A stretch of 64,000 nucleotides of DNA from Chloroflexota bacterium. Lineage in GTDB: Bacteria > Chloroflexota > Dehalococcoidia > Lucifugimonadales > UBA3495. The notes beneath the pieces are model-generated. The model had not been told where the DNA came from and searched no databases. It saw only the letters and a program-made list of their open reading frames with translations. Positions 17,062 to 26,304 of this stretch are shown in pieces. A program made the position numbers and the translations under genes. Where the stretch lies: assembly GCA_009840165.1 (NCBI GenBank), contig VXOG01000034.1:2455-66454 (forward strand), written 5' to 3'. Position 1 is the first letter of the stretch. Every line of letters starts with the position of its first letter.

Positions 17062-18732
17062 TTGAGTGGGCTGGCAATCTGCGCTACCGTTGTAGCGACT
17101 ACCCTCGCGCTCGTAATTTTTGTAGGAGTTTCTAAAATGGCCGCCTACCACGCCGATACCGTTATCCGACGCGCCAACGTCATCACAATCGACTCGGCGC
17201 TGCCGCGCGCCAGCGCCGTTGCCATGCGCGACGGCCGGTTCATTGGAGTGGGCAGCGATACCGATGTGGAAACTCTTATCGGCCCGAACACCAAAGTCCT
17301 GGACCTGGCCGGCAAGACCGTGCTACCGGGCTTCATCGACGCGCACATCCACGTGCTCAGCAGCGGCACGCGGCACGTGATGGCGGCCGACTGTTCGCTG
17401 CCAAGCATCGGCGACATCCAAACGGCGCTGCGCGAACGGGTTGCGACAACACCGGCCGGTGAATGGGTCCAGGGTTTCAAGTTCGACGACACCAAAACCG
17501 CCGAAAACCGATTCCTGCGCCGGGAAGATCTCGACGCCGTCAGCACAGATCATCCCATACTGGTATCCCACCGGGCGGGGCATGTGTACTTCGGCAACAC
17601 GCTGGCGCTGGAGCGCGCCGGCTACAACGACGAGTCGCCGGACCCGCCGGGCGGTCGCCTCGGACGCAATCCCGACACCGGACGTCTCGATGGCGTGATT
17701 TACGAACGCGCCGCCGATGATCTACGCGAAAATCAGCTGCCGGTTGAATCCGCCGAAACCCGGCGCGAGGGCCTCCGCGTCATCTGCGAGATGCTGAACC
17801 GCGCCGGCCTTACCAGCGTTCACGACGCGCGGGTCACCGACTACGAACTTGTCACCTATCAGGAAGGCCGTGACGCCGGAGACCTCAGCCTGCGGGTGTA
17901 TGCCATCATGTGGTATCGCTACTTCCCGGCGCTGCGTGAAGCCGGCATCCGCTCGGGCATGGGCGACGACCGCCTGCGCATCGGCGGCATCAAGATGGTC
18001 GCCGACGGCGCCATCGCCTCACGGACCGCCTATCTGTCGGAACCCTATGTAGGCAGTTGCTGCGACCACGGCATCCTCACCATGACCAGCGACGAGATCA
18101 TGGAGAATGTCCTGCAAATGCACGCGGCAGGTTTCCAGGTGTGCATCCACGCCAACGGCGACTCTACCATTGACCTGGTGCTCAAAGCTTACGAAGCGGC
18201 GCAGGCGGCAGACCCACGTCCCGACCCACGCCATCGGGTTGAGCACTGCACGCTGGTCAATCCCGACCTGTTGACCCGGATGAACCGCTTGGGAACGGTT
18301 GCCACTCCCTTCTGTACCTACGTCTATTACCACGGGGAGAAGATGCAGTTCTACGGCGAAGAGCGGCTGCAATGGATGTTCGCCCAACGTTCCTTCATGG
18401 ACTACAACGTGATGTCCACCGGCGCTACCGACTACCCGCCGGGCCCCTTCGAGCCGCTCATGGGAATCCAGAGTTGCGTTACCCGTACCGACAGCGAAGG
18501 GCGAGAGTGGGGTACCAACCAACGCATTTCGGTGGAAGATGCCCTGCGCATCTACACCCAGAACGGCGCTTACGCGGGTTTCGAGGAAAACCTCAAGGGA
18601 AGCATCGAGGTCGGCAAATTGGCTGATCTGGTGGTGCTATCCGCTGATCCCACCGCCGCCGATCCGTACACCATAAAAGACATCCCCGTGGAGCGAACGA
18701 TAGTGGGCGGGCAGACGGTGTACGAAGGCTAG
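17062..18732 (+). CDS. Amidohydrolase-family metallohydrolase (Amidohydro_3 / YtcJ-like)
   Basis: GFIDAHIHV metal motif; later HANGD and HC..V. A possible N-terminal TM anchor applies if the TTG 17062 start is used; alternative ATG at 17137. Confidence 0.85.
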   Translation: MSGLAICATVVATTLALVIFVGVSKMAAYHADTVIRRANVITIDSALPRASAVAMRDGRFIGVGSDTDVETLIGPNTKVLDLAGKTVLPGFIDAHIHVLSSGTRHVMAADCSLPSIGDIQTALRERVATTPAGEWVQGFKFDDTKTAENRFLRREDLDAVSTDHPILVSHRAGHVYFGNTLALERAGYNDESPDPPGGRLGRNPDTGRLDGVIYERAADDLRENQLPVESAETRREGLRVICEMLNRAGLTSVHDARVTDYELVTYQEGRDAGDLSLRVYAIMWYRYFPALREAGIRSGMGDDRLRIGGIKMVADGAIASRTAYLSEPYVGSCCDHGILTMTSDEIMENVLQMHAAGFQVCIHANGDSTIDLVLKAYEAAQAADPRPDPRHRVEHCTLVNPDLLTRMNRLGTVATPFCTYVYYHGEKMQFYGEERLQWMFAQRSFMDYNVMSTGATDYPPGPFEPLMGIQSCVTRTDSEGREWGTNQRISVEDALRIYTQNGAYAGFEENLKGSIEVGKLADLVVLSADPTAADPYTIKDIPVERTIVGGQTVYEG

Positions 18733-18744
18733 ACTGAGCGGAAA

Positions 18745-19944
18745 CTAACCACCAGAGTCGCCGCCAAGGTTTTGCATTTGACGGTACTGCCCGTCTGCCC
18801 CGATGGCCGTGAGGAACACCGCATCCGAACCCTGGTTGTCGCCCGGACCATATTTCAGACGCATGCCGTCAATGTCTATCAAACTCGCATCGCGCAACGC
18901 ATTCAGAAAGCATTGCCGGCTGAGTTCGCGGCCACAAACTTCCAACCCTGCGATAGCCAGCCGCCCCGCCAGGTAGCCCTCCAGCGAAATAAACCCCGGT
19001 TCGGCTTCAGAGTCATATTCCGCCAGCGCGGCGTGGTATCGAGCGACCACCGGGATGTTGGCATCGTAGGGCAGCGGCACCACCTGCGTAACGTAAACGC
19101 CTTCGGTTTCATCGCCCAATTCCTCAGCCAGCGCACTGCTGCCAACGAACGACACTGCCATGAAGATCGGATCCACGTCGCGCCGCAGCAACTCAATAGC
19201 CCGTGCCACGGGAGCATAAGAGCCAATCATGATGACCGCCTCCGGGTCGGCTTGCGCTATTTTGAGGGTAGCCGCCTTGACGGCGATGGTATTTCGCGGG
19301 TAATGCCAGAGTGCCACCGGCTCCAGATTACGGCGTTGGAGCGCCAACCTGGTACCCTCAAGACCGTTCTGACCGAAGGAGTCGTCCTGGTAAAACACCG
19401 CAATCCGCGTGATGCCCAGATCTTCGGTAAGCCGGGCAACCATTTCCTCCGTTTCCTGGTAGTAAGATGCCCGCAGGTTAATGACGGTTTCCAGTTCAGG
19501 ATCGCGCAGGAGTTCCGCTCCGGTGAAAGGAGCGATAAAAGGCACGCCGGCCGCGTCCGCCACCGGGGCCGCCACTCGTGAAGTGGGAGTCCCAACAGCG
19601 CCGACCAGCCCGAAGACCCCACTTTTTTCTATGAGGTTGTGAGTGTTAGAAAGGGCAAAGTCCGCCTCGTATGAGTCATTGAGCGCCTCAAGCTCCAGCG
19701 TGCGCCCGTGGACGCCCCCATCCCGGTTTGCCTCGTGAAATGCGGCCTGAATGCCCAAGCGCATAGCGTTGCCCAGGCCCCCGGCCGGTCCGGTGAAGGC
19801 CGCCGATTGTCCAAACAGCACATGGCCGTCGGATATCCCAGGATCACCCGGTCTTCCCTCTGGCATCGCTCCGGCAGTTGCAGAATCCGCACCTACTTCA
19901 CCTGACGTTGCATCGTCTGCGGCGGGCTCTGCGCGCTGGCGCAC
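18745..19944 (-). CDS. Periplasmic binding protein, type I (LivJ/AmiC-like, Peripla_BP_6), mature domain only
   Basis: ...LFGQSAAFTGPAGGLGNAMRLGIQAAFHEANRDGGVHGR... typical of branched-chain-amino-acid/amide binding proteins. This frame has no signal peptide (next feature). Confidence 0.8.
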   Translation of the reverse strand: MRQRAEPAADDATSGEVGADSATAGAMPEGRPGDPGISDGHVLFGQSAAFTGPAGGLGNAMRLGIQAAFHEANRDGGVHGRTLELEALNDSYEADFALSNTHNLIEKSGVFGLVGAVGTPTSRVAAPVADAAGVPFIAPFTGAELLRDPELETVINLRASYYQETEEMVARLTEDLGITRIAVFYQDDSFGQNGLEGTRLALQRRNLEPVALWHYPRNTIAVKAATLKIAQADPEAVIMIGSYAPVARAIELLRRDVDPIFMAVSFVGSSALAEELGDETEGVYVTQVVPLPYDANIPVVARYHAALAEYDSEAEPGFISLEGYLAGRLAIAGLEVCGRELSRQCFLNALRDASLIDIDGMRLKYGPGDNQGSDAVFLTAIGADGQYRQMQNLGGDSGG

Positions 19945-20027
19945 GCCGCAGACGATGCAACGGCGAACAACCCCAATGCCATCACCACGGCGGCGATGCG
20001 GACAACCAACCCGTTGGCTAGCTTCAT
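19893..20027 (-). other. 44-codon ORF encoding a signal peptide/lipobox, out of frame with the binding-protein gene
   Basis: MKLANGLVVRIAAVVMALGLFAVASSAAC|ASAQ... then stop. The mature domain lies in the -1 frame relative to it. Confidence 0.55.
19906..19962. repeat. Perfect 19-bp inverted repeat with a 19-nt spacer at the signal-peptide/mature-domain junction
   Basis: cgttgcatcgtctgcggcg (19906-19924) and its exact reverse complement cgccgcagacgatgcaacg (19944-19962). Confidence 0.95.
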
Positions 20028-20060
20028 TACCGTATCGGAGCGAAGAAAAGGTCGGTGGCG

Positions 20061-21494
20061 CTACAGTGCCGGCGGAAGCCGCTTATGCCACGGGGTGGCC
20101 TGCTCGTAGGCGTACGCTGCGCGGAATATGGCAGCTTCACCCAAGTGCGGCCCGGCAATCTGCATCGCCAGAGGCAACGCCCCCTCGCCGTCGCCGGTGA
20201 AACCACACGGGATGCTCAACGCCGGGCATCCGCTCAAACTGTATAAGCCTCGGAAGCTCCCTTCCCTCAAGGCGGCCGCGGCCATTTCCTTGCTGCTGAC
20301 CACAGGCGGTTCATCCGACAGCAGCCCGGCCGGTCCGGTCGATGTCGGCTGAATCAGCAGGTCCACTTCTCGGAACGCCTCAATCACCTGGCGGCGTACC
20401 AGGGCGCGAAGTTTCACCGCCTTGTAATACACCTGCCCCGGTATCAGGTTGCCCGTGGCAAAGGCAACCCGCGTGTTGGGGTGATAGTCCTCGAATCGCT
20501 CCCGCAGCCATTCGGGATTCAGGCTGACCCGCTCGGTGCTGGTGATGGTGCGGACAATCGGCCCGGTGTACTGCGCCATGGGCAGGCTGACCGGTACGAC
20601 CTCCGCGCCCAGCTCACGGAGCACTTCGGCGGCAGCGGCCACCGCGTCGCGGCTGCGGTCGTCAAGCCTCAATCCGTGTCCGCCCATCAGCTCCTGCACT
20701 ACGCCGATGCGCATGCCGGCCACGCCACCATCCAAACCGTCCAGGTAGTCGGGCACGGGTTCCGTGCGGCTGTAGCGGTCTTTGGGGTCATGGCCGGCGA
20801 TGACGCTCAACGTCAGCGCGCAGTCCTCGACCGTGCGGGATATGGGGCCGATGGTGTCCGTGGACCAGCTGGCGCCATCTACGCCGGCCCGGCTTACCCG
20901 GCCCCAGGTGGGCCGGATGCCCACCAGCCCGCAGTTGGCCGCCGGCCCTCGAATTGAGCCGCCGGTGTCCTCGCCCAAGGAGGTGGCGCAGAGGAACCCA
21001 GCCGTGGCCGAGCCGCTGCCGGTGCTGGAAGTTCCGGGATTACGCGCCGTGTCCCAGGGGTTGCGAGCCGGCCCGGAGAAGCTGCTGATGGGGTCGCCCA
21101 GCGCGAACTCGCTCATGTTGGTCTTGCCGATGATAACCGCGCCGGCATCCTTGAGTTTGGATACTACCGTTGCGTCATAATCCGGCACGAAATCGGCTCG
21201 GATTTTGGAGGCGTCGGTGGTGCGGACGCCAGCCGTGTAAATCTGGTCCTTGACGCCGACCGGAACGCCGTGCAATGGCCCGCGAAAGTTGCCAGATGCC
21301 GCTTCGTCATCCAGTCGTTTCGCGTCGGCGCGGGCCTCGTCGGCGCACACGGTGATGTAGGCATTCAGCTTATCGCCAACCGCGTCGATACGATCAAGGT
21401 AAGCGTCCGCCGCTTCGGCGGCGGAAATTTCACGCGCACGGATGACGGTGGCCAACTCGGAGGCGGACAGGAATGGAATTTCATTGGGAGTCAT
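20061..21494 (-). CDS. Amidase-signature enzyme (GatA/AtzE-like)
   Basis: 477 aa. GVPVGVKD and GGSSSGS-like (GTSSTGSGSA) amidase-signature motifs; GGSIRGPA. Confidence 0.9.
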   Translation of the reverse strand: MTPNEIPFLSASELATVIRAREISAAEAADAYLDRIDAVGDKLNAYITVCADEARADAKRLDDEAASGNFRGPLHGVPVGVKDQIYTAGVRTTDASKIRADFVPDYDATVVSKLKDAGAVIIGKTNMSEFALGDPISSFSGPARNPWDTARNPGTSSTGSGSATAGFLCATSLGEDTGGSIRGPAANCGLVGIRPTWGRVSRAGVDGASWSTDTIGPISRTVEDCALTLSVIAGHDPKDRYSRTEPVPDYLDGLDGGVAGMRIGVVQELMGGHGLRLDDRSRDAVAAAAEVLRELGAEVVPVSLPMAQYTGPIVRTITSTERVSLNPEWLRERFEDYHPNTRVAFATGNLIPGQVYYKAVKLRALVRRQVIEAFREVDLLIQPTSTGPAGLLSDEPPVVSSKEMAAAALREGSFRGLYSLSGCPALSIPCGFTGDGEGALPLAMQIAGPHLGEAAIFRAAYAYEQATPWHKRLPPAL

Positions 21495-21688
21495 TCTGAC
21501 ACCTCCATATCGGCCGGCAGGGTAACGGCAACATACTCTTCCAAGTTGAAACCCGGAGGATTGATGGCAGCCATCTCCTCCAGCATAGCGTTCAGGCTAT
21601 GGGCAACTTGCGTCAACTCCGGTTCCGCAAGCGTCAACCCAACCGCTTTGGCCAGGGCCTGGATTTCATCGTTATTCAGATCGCTCAT
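21491..21688 (-). CDS. Small GatC/AtzG-like subunit
   Basis: 65 aa (MSDLNNDEIQALAKAVGLTLAEPELTQVAHSLNAMLEEM...), resembling the GatC N-terminus. ATGA overlaps with both the amidase (downstream) and vapC (upstream). Confidence 0.6.
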   Translation of the reverse strand: MSDLNNDEIQALAKAVGLTLAEPELTQVAHSLNAMLEEMAAINPPGFNLEEYVAVTLPADMEVSE

Positions 21689-22131
21689 TCCGGCTCCGTG
21701 TACTGTAGTGGGTCTATAATTTCAACAAATGGAAAGCGGCGGAAGTCGCTGTCCAAGGTGCAGATTTGGCTGATGCCATGTTCCCGCATCAGCACGGCGG
21801 TGTGCATATCGTGAATCCGATTTCCGCGTATGTCCGGCAGTTCTGTCGTTACCCGGTACAACTCGGACAAGTGATTTGGCGTCGGCAACAAAAGGTCAAA
21901 ACCGGGTGATTCCAACAATCCGGCGATAAAATTCCGCCCTTCGGCTATTGACCAGTGGTTAGGCAATACCTGTGGATGCGTAGTAACTCTGAGGAATTCG
22001 TAACAGATATTCCAAGTAAGGAATGCGGGAGTTCGCCCCGTTCGTGCCTCTTGCAAGCGTCGAAAGCAAGGCTGATAAAACTCCGACTGTTCGTGTACAG
22101 AGTACACGAGCACATTAGTATCGAAAACCAT
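21685..22131 (-). CDS. vapC: PIN-domain toxin, VapC family
   Basis: MVFDTNVLVYSV... with acidic PIN residues. Lower GC. Confidence 0.85.
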   Translation of the reverse strand: MVFDTNVLVYSVHEQSEFYQPCFRRLQEARTGRTPAFLTWNICYEFLRVTTHPQVLPNHWSIAEGRNFIAGLLESPGFDLLLPTPNHLSELYRVTTELPDIRGNRIHDMHTAVLMREHGISQICTLDSDFRRFPFVEIIDPLQYTEPE

Positions 22132-22378
22132 CGTATTCGTCCATCACTCGGTAGAGTTCTTCGCGGTTGGCGATGTCAACCAGGATGGGCCCCGGCGGCA
22201 ATTTGGGCAGATCTGGCAGTGACTCAATAGGAACACTTTCGGGCGTCGGTAGCGGCTCCTCGTCAAGTATTTGGAGAATCCCGGCCTCCGCCAATGCCGA
22301 CGCCGTGGTGCCGCGCCGCTTGGCTTCCGCGTACAGTCTCTGTACGATGTTCTCGCTGATGTTGAGTGTAGTTTGCAT
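22115..22378 (-). CDS. vapB: Ribbon-helix-helix-type antitoxin (VapB-like)
   Basis: 87 aa (MQTTLNISENIVQRLYAEAKRRGTTASALAEAGI...), RHH/CopG-like. Overlaps vapC by 17 nt. Confidence 0.65.
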   Translation of the reverse strand: MQTTLNISENIVQRLYAEAKRRGTTASALAEAGILQILDEEPLPTPESVPIESLPDLPKLPPGPILVDIANREELYRVMDEYDGFRY

Positions 22379-22410
22379 AGTGCTAAACCTGACGCCCGTT
22401 CTACGTTAGA

Positions 22411-23745
22411 TTACACCGTCTGCCCCGTGAAACGCCAACTTTCCAGCAGGGCCGCTGGCACGTGCATGGCTACGCCGGCCTCGTTCAGGTTCAGGCGAGC
22501 CGTGTCGGATAGGGCCTGGCAGCCGGCGAGCGCATCTACGTAGCTTTGCGTGAACCGCAGATTTTTCACTGGCGCAGTGAGTTCGCCGTTTTCGATCAAA
22601 AACGTTCCGTCCCGCGTCATGCCGGTCATCACGCAGCCGCGATTGTGCGCCAGCCGCGTGTAGTAGAAACGGGTTACGTAGAGGCCACGATCCACAGAGG
22701 CAATCAGCTCCTCGGTAGTCCGGTCGCCGGGACGCATGAACAGATTGGTGGCCGTCGGTCCTCCGGTGGCTCCGCGCTGGTGTCCGGTGGAGGCAACGCC
22801 GTTTTTGGCGGCGGTATAGCTGTTGTAAACCGGCCCCTGCACCACGCCGTCGGTCACGATTTCCACGCGCTGCCTGGGGACGCCCTCCGCGTCAAAGGGA
22901 ACCGGCCATCCGGAGGAGTCCAGGCCGTCATCCCAAATGGACACCAGCTGGCTCATCGCCGGCTGGCCCAGCAAGTCGCACATCCAGCTGCGCCCATCCT
23001 GCACCATCTGCGCGCCCATGCCGTAGAAACTCAAGGCCTCCAGCATATCGTCAACGGCGTAGTGTTCCAGCACGACGGGGTAATCGCCCGGTTCCAGATC
23101 CTTCGGGTTGCGACCACGGATCGCCTTGCCGATGGCCTCGTCCGCCAACGCCTCGGCATCGATTTCACCCATGCGCCAACCTCCGCCCTTGGACCAACCG
23201 GCGGAGTCGTCGCTGCGGGCGGTGATGAGCAGGCCGGCGAAAGTGCCAGCGTGGTAGGAGTAACGAGGTCCCCGGGTATTGAAAACCGCCAGCTCGGTTA
23301 CGCCGGTGCGGTAGAAGCCGGCGGCTTCCAGCCGGGCGTCGGCCGCCTTGCGGCAAACCGTGCCGACGACGGCAGCGCGATGTTCCGGGCCGGCGTTTGC
23401 CGTCGCCTCGTCATAGGCGTCAACCGACGCGGCTTGCGGCGCTTTGGGAAGGCCGGGAAAGTCGGGGTCTTCGGGCATGAGGCCGGCATGTTCCCTGGCT
23501 TGCAAAACCGCGGCGCGCAATCCGTCGGACGACAGATTGTTGGTTACGGCGCGCCCCTGGCGTTTCTGGTAAGCGATACGGATGTGCGCCACCGCGTCGT
23601 CATGGTACACGTTCTGGTGGATACGGTTGTTGGCAAAGCGGGTGAGGGCCTGCGTGGTGGCAGTCAGATAGATATCGGCATCCCCCAGATGGAGGTTGCG
23701 CAGGGCATCTCGCAGCAGCGACTGAATGCGGTCTGGACCTAGCAT
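22411..23745 (-). CDS. pmbA: TldD/PmbA-family metalloprotease component (PmbA/TldE-like)
   Basis: Preferred start is the ATG at 23745 (MLGPDRIQSLL...), which overlaps the tldD stop by 1 nt (TGATG). Family-typical C-terminal region. Confidence 0.85.
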   Translation of the reverse strand: MLGPDRIQSLLRDALRNLHLGDADIYLTATTQALTRFANNRIHQNVYHDDAVAHIRIAYQKRQGRAVTNNLSSDGLRAAVLQAREHAGLMPEDPDFPGLPKAPQAASVDAYDEATANAGPEHRAAVVGTVCRKAADARLEAAGFYRTGVTELAVFNTRGPRYSYHAGTFAGLLITARSDDSAGWSKGGGWRMGEIDAEALADEAIGKAIRGRNPKDLEPGDYPVVLEHYAVDDMLEALSFYGMGAQMVQDGRSWMCDLLGQPAMSQLVSIWDDGLDSSGWPVPFDAEGVPRQRVEIVTDGVVQGPVYNSYTAAKNGVASTGHQRGATGGPTATNLFMRPGDRTTEELIASVDRGLYVTRFYYTRLAHNRGCVMTGMTRDGTFLIENGELTAPVKNLRFTQSYVDALAGCQALSDTARLNLNEAGVAMHVPAALLESWRFTGQTV

Positions 23746-25202
23746 CACCGCATCACGCCGACCCGGATGTTGCGGAACCGCGAGGGACTGGCGCCGTGGC
23801 TGGTGTGGGCAATCTGGCCCGGCTGTCCCTTGCCGCACCGGGGCGTTCCCCAAAGTTGCCAAAGCTCCGGCCCGCATACGGCGTCGCAGCTGCGCCAGAA
23901 CTCAGGCGTGATGCCGGTGTAGGTGGAGTTGCGCAGCAGGCGTCCCAATTTCCCGTTCTTGATCTCGCGCCCCACTTCCGTGCCGAACTGAAAGTTGTAG
24001 CGGCGATCGTCAATGGACCAGGAGCGGTTCGTTTCCAGGTATATGCCGTCATCCGTGTCGGCGATCAGGTCATCCAGCGTCCACCGACCAGGCTGAAGGC
24101 TGACGTTGGTCATGCGAATCAGCGGAATACGATTCCAGGATGACGCCCGCATACAGCCATTGGACGGCAGGCCCAGCCGTGTCGCCGACTCGCGGGACAT
24201 CAGGTAGCCCACGAATTGACCGCTGCGAATGATGTCAGTCGATTGGGCCGGCAGCCCCTCATCATCCCAGCCAAAGGTGCCGAGGCCGGTGGCGCTGGTG
24301 CTGTCGGCAGTGATGTTGACCTGGTCGGAACCGTACTGGAAGTTCTTCAGCAGATCCGGCGTCAGGAATGACGTGCCGGCGAACGCTGCCTCGTCGCCCA
24401 AGGCCCGGTCCAGCTCCACGGCATGACCACAGGACTCGTGAATCTGCAACGCAAGCTGGCTGCTGTCTATGATCAGGTCGGTGGTGATGCCCACCGGACA
24501 AGGCTCGGCAGTAAGCAACTCCGCCGCTTCCTCTGCGATGCGACGAGCGTTGCCGGCCAGGTCCATTTCGACAACATACTCCCAGCCGGCGCACCCCTGC
24601 TGCCGCCCGTGGGACTGCGGATACGAACGCCGCTGCGTCTCGCCATTGCCAACTGCGGTGGCCTGCACGCCGCCGCCGGACTCGTAAATGGTCTGGCTGA
24701 CGTGCGTGCCCTCGGTATTGGCGAAAGTGCGCTCCTCACGGATGAACACCAGGTTGGCCATACGCGCGCTGACTTGCGGCACGGCGGCCATTTCCGCATC
24801 AGCGGCCAGCAGCAGAGCCAGCTTATCCTCAAGGGCTACGGTGAACGGGTCGATGCCGATGGGAGTGACGTAGCTGCCCCGGCTGGTCACCGCCGCGCCA
24901 AGCAGTTGAGCCGCTGACAATCCGGCGCCGTTCTGACCGGCCGAGGCGCGGGCAATCTGCACCGCCTGGCCGGCGGCCTGGTCGGCGCCGGCGTTGGTCA
25001 ACTCGCGTGTGGAAGCGAACCCCCATGCGCCGTTGTAGAGCGCGCGAATGCCCAAACCGACGGATTCATCAGCGGTCATGGTCTCCACCACGCCGTTGCG
25101 CACCACGATGCGCTGCTCCCTGTTGGATACCAGGCGCACATCGGCATATTCCGCTCCGCGCTGGCGGGCGGAGTTAAGGGCGGTGGCGATAATTGGGTCC
25201 AT
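23745..25202 (-). CDS. tldD: TldD-family metalloprotease
   Basis: ...RGAEYADVRLV...; HESCGHAVELD metal-binding motif (HExxxH). Confidence 0.9.
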   Translation of the reverse strand: MDPIIATALNSARQRGAEYADVRLVSNREQRIVVRNGVVETMTADESVGLGIRALYNGAWGFASTRELTNAGADQAAGQAVQIARASAGQNGAGLSAAQLLGAAVTSRGSYVTPIGIDPFTVALEDKLALLLAADAEMAAVPQVSARMANLVFIREERTFANTEGTHVSQTIYESGGGVQATAVGNGETQRRSYPQSHGRQQGCAGWEYVVEMDLAGNARRIAEEAAELLTAEPCPVGITTDLIIDSSQLALQIHESCGHAVELDRALGDEAAFAGTSFLTPDLLKNFQYGSDQVNITADSTSATGLGTFGWDDEGLPAQSTDIIRSGQFVGYLMSRESATRLGLPSNGCMRASSWNRIPLIRMTNVSLQPGRWTLDDLIADTDDGIYLETNRSWSIDDRRYNFQFGTEVGREIKNGKLGRLLRNSTYTGITPEFWRSCDAVCGPELWQLWGTPRCGKGQPGQIAHTSHGASPSRFRNIRVGVMR

Positions 25203-25217
25203 CTTTCGACTGCCAGA

Positions 25218-26294
25218 TCACAAATCGGATAGTTCCCTCAGGGCGGTGCATAGCCGGTGGGTTAGCACGTCTTTTTGTTCCACAAAAGCGTCCGAATTGA
25301 CCGCCCACCCTTCACCCCACTTACCATTGTTGGAGGATACGAACTCGTCACCGATGAACTGACCTATGTACTCTTTCTGGAACGTCCGCAATTCTTCGGG
25401 AAGTCCATCAATGTAATCGATTGTAAACTCGAACCGGCCTCCGTCTGATACATAAAACCGGGCCAGATATAGTGGACGCTGCCACTTGGAACAGCGTCCC
25501 CTGACTGTGATAGCGGTTCTCCTGTAGCGTAACTGTCCACCAGCATTCGTGACCGCGTCAATTAACGGAAGCATCGCATCTCGCACATCCGGACGGAATG
25601 CGTCGAGCAATTCATCGGGTCTCAAGTTAAGACTTCTGGAGTTACCACTGCGAGGCGCGTTCACCTGTCCGATTACCCGCGAAACCAGTGCTTGACCAAA
25701 CTGCGAGGGATATTGCTTGACTTCAACAGCCAACACCTCAAGATTATCGCGGGTTTGTTCGTTGAGGAACTTGACGACTCGCTCCAGCTCAGCGGGAATC
25801 TCGTCCGCTACGAAAAGCAGCCGGAGCCGATTGGCGGCCAAATTCGTGGCTACCTCTTCCCAAAAATCGTTGATATCGGGTTCTTCATCCCTCTGCAATA
25901 GAATGCCGATTTCACCGTCAGGGTCATCCGAACTCTCCTCAAAAATCCTACGCATATCACGCTCCGACCAAACGTTGGCAGCCGTGGCCGCGTAGTCCAG
26001 CATTTGCCCGACTATGTTACGTCGGATTTCCCGATTGGCGCCGCGTTTCACCTCCACCAAGGTTGGCCGTGAGTGTTGATCAATCAGCAGGTGGTCAAGT
26101 GCCCAACCCTCAATCGGCATCTCGCGCTTGATCAGAATCCAGCGCAACGGATCGTCGGGACGCATTTGGTCGCCGGCCAGCAGTTCGGGATGCTGCCCAA
26201 TCAACCGCTGGAGCAGATCTTCCGTCTCGAAACGCTCTTCAGTCAGAGGCTCCAGCTCGCCGCTGGCATTGCGGATGTAGATTTTCTCGGCCAT
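25218..26294 (-). CDS. PD-(D/E)XK nuclease-like protein (NucS/DUF91-like core) with an uncharacterised C-terminal domain
   Basis: 358 aa. ...GWALDHLLIDQHSRPTLVEVKRGAN... fits D...(D/E)xK. Markedly lower GC than its neighbours. Confidence 0.55.
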   Translation of the reverse strand: MAEKIYIRNASGELEPLTEERFETEDLLQRLIGQHPELLAGDQMRPDDPLRWILIKREMPIEGWALDHLLIDQHSRPTLVEVKRGANREIRRNIVGQMLDYAATAANVWSERDMRRIFEESSDDPDGEIGILLQRDEEPDINDFWEEVATNLAANRLRLLFVADEIPAELERVVKFLNEQTRDNLEVLAVEVKQYPSQFGQALVSRVIGQVNAPRSGNSRSLNLRPDELLDAFRPDVRDAMLPLIDAVTNAGGQLRYRRTAITVRGRCSKWQRPLYLARFYVSDGGRFEFTIDYIDGLPEELRTFQKEYIGQFIGDEFVSSNNGKWGEGWAVNSDAFVEQKDVLTHRLCTALRELSDL

Positions 26295-26304
26295 TCAGAC
26301 CGCC

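Noticed and set aside
19893-20027. Programmed -1 ribosomal frameshifting joining the signal peptide to the binding protein, stimulated by the 19-bp hairpin.
   Set aside because: I find no X XXY YYZ slippery heptamer upstream of the hairpin. A mutational or assembly origin is more parsimonious.
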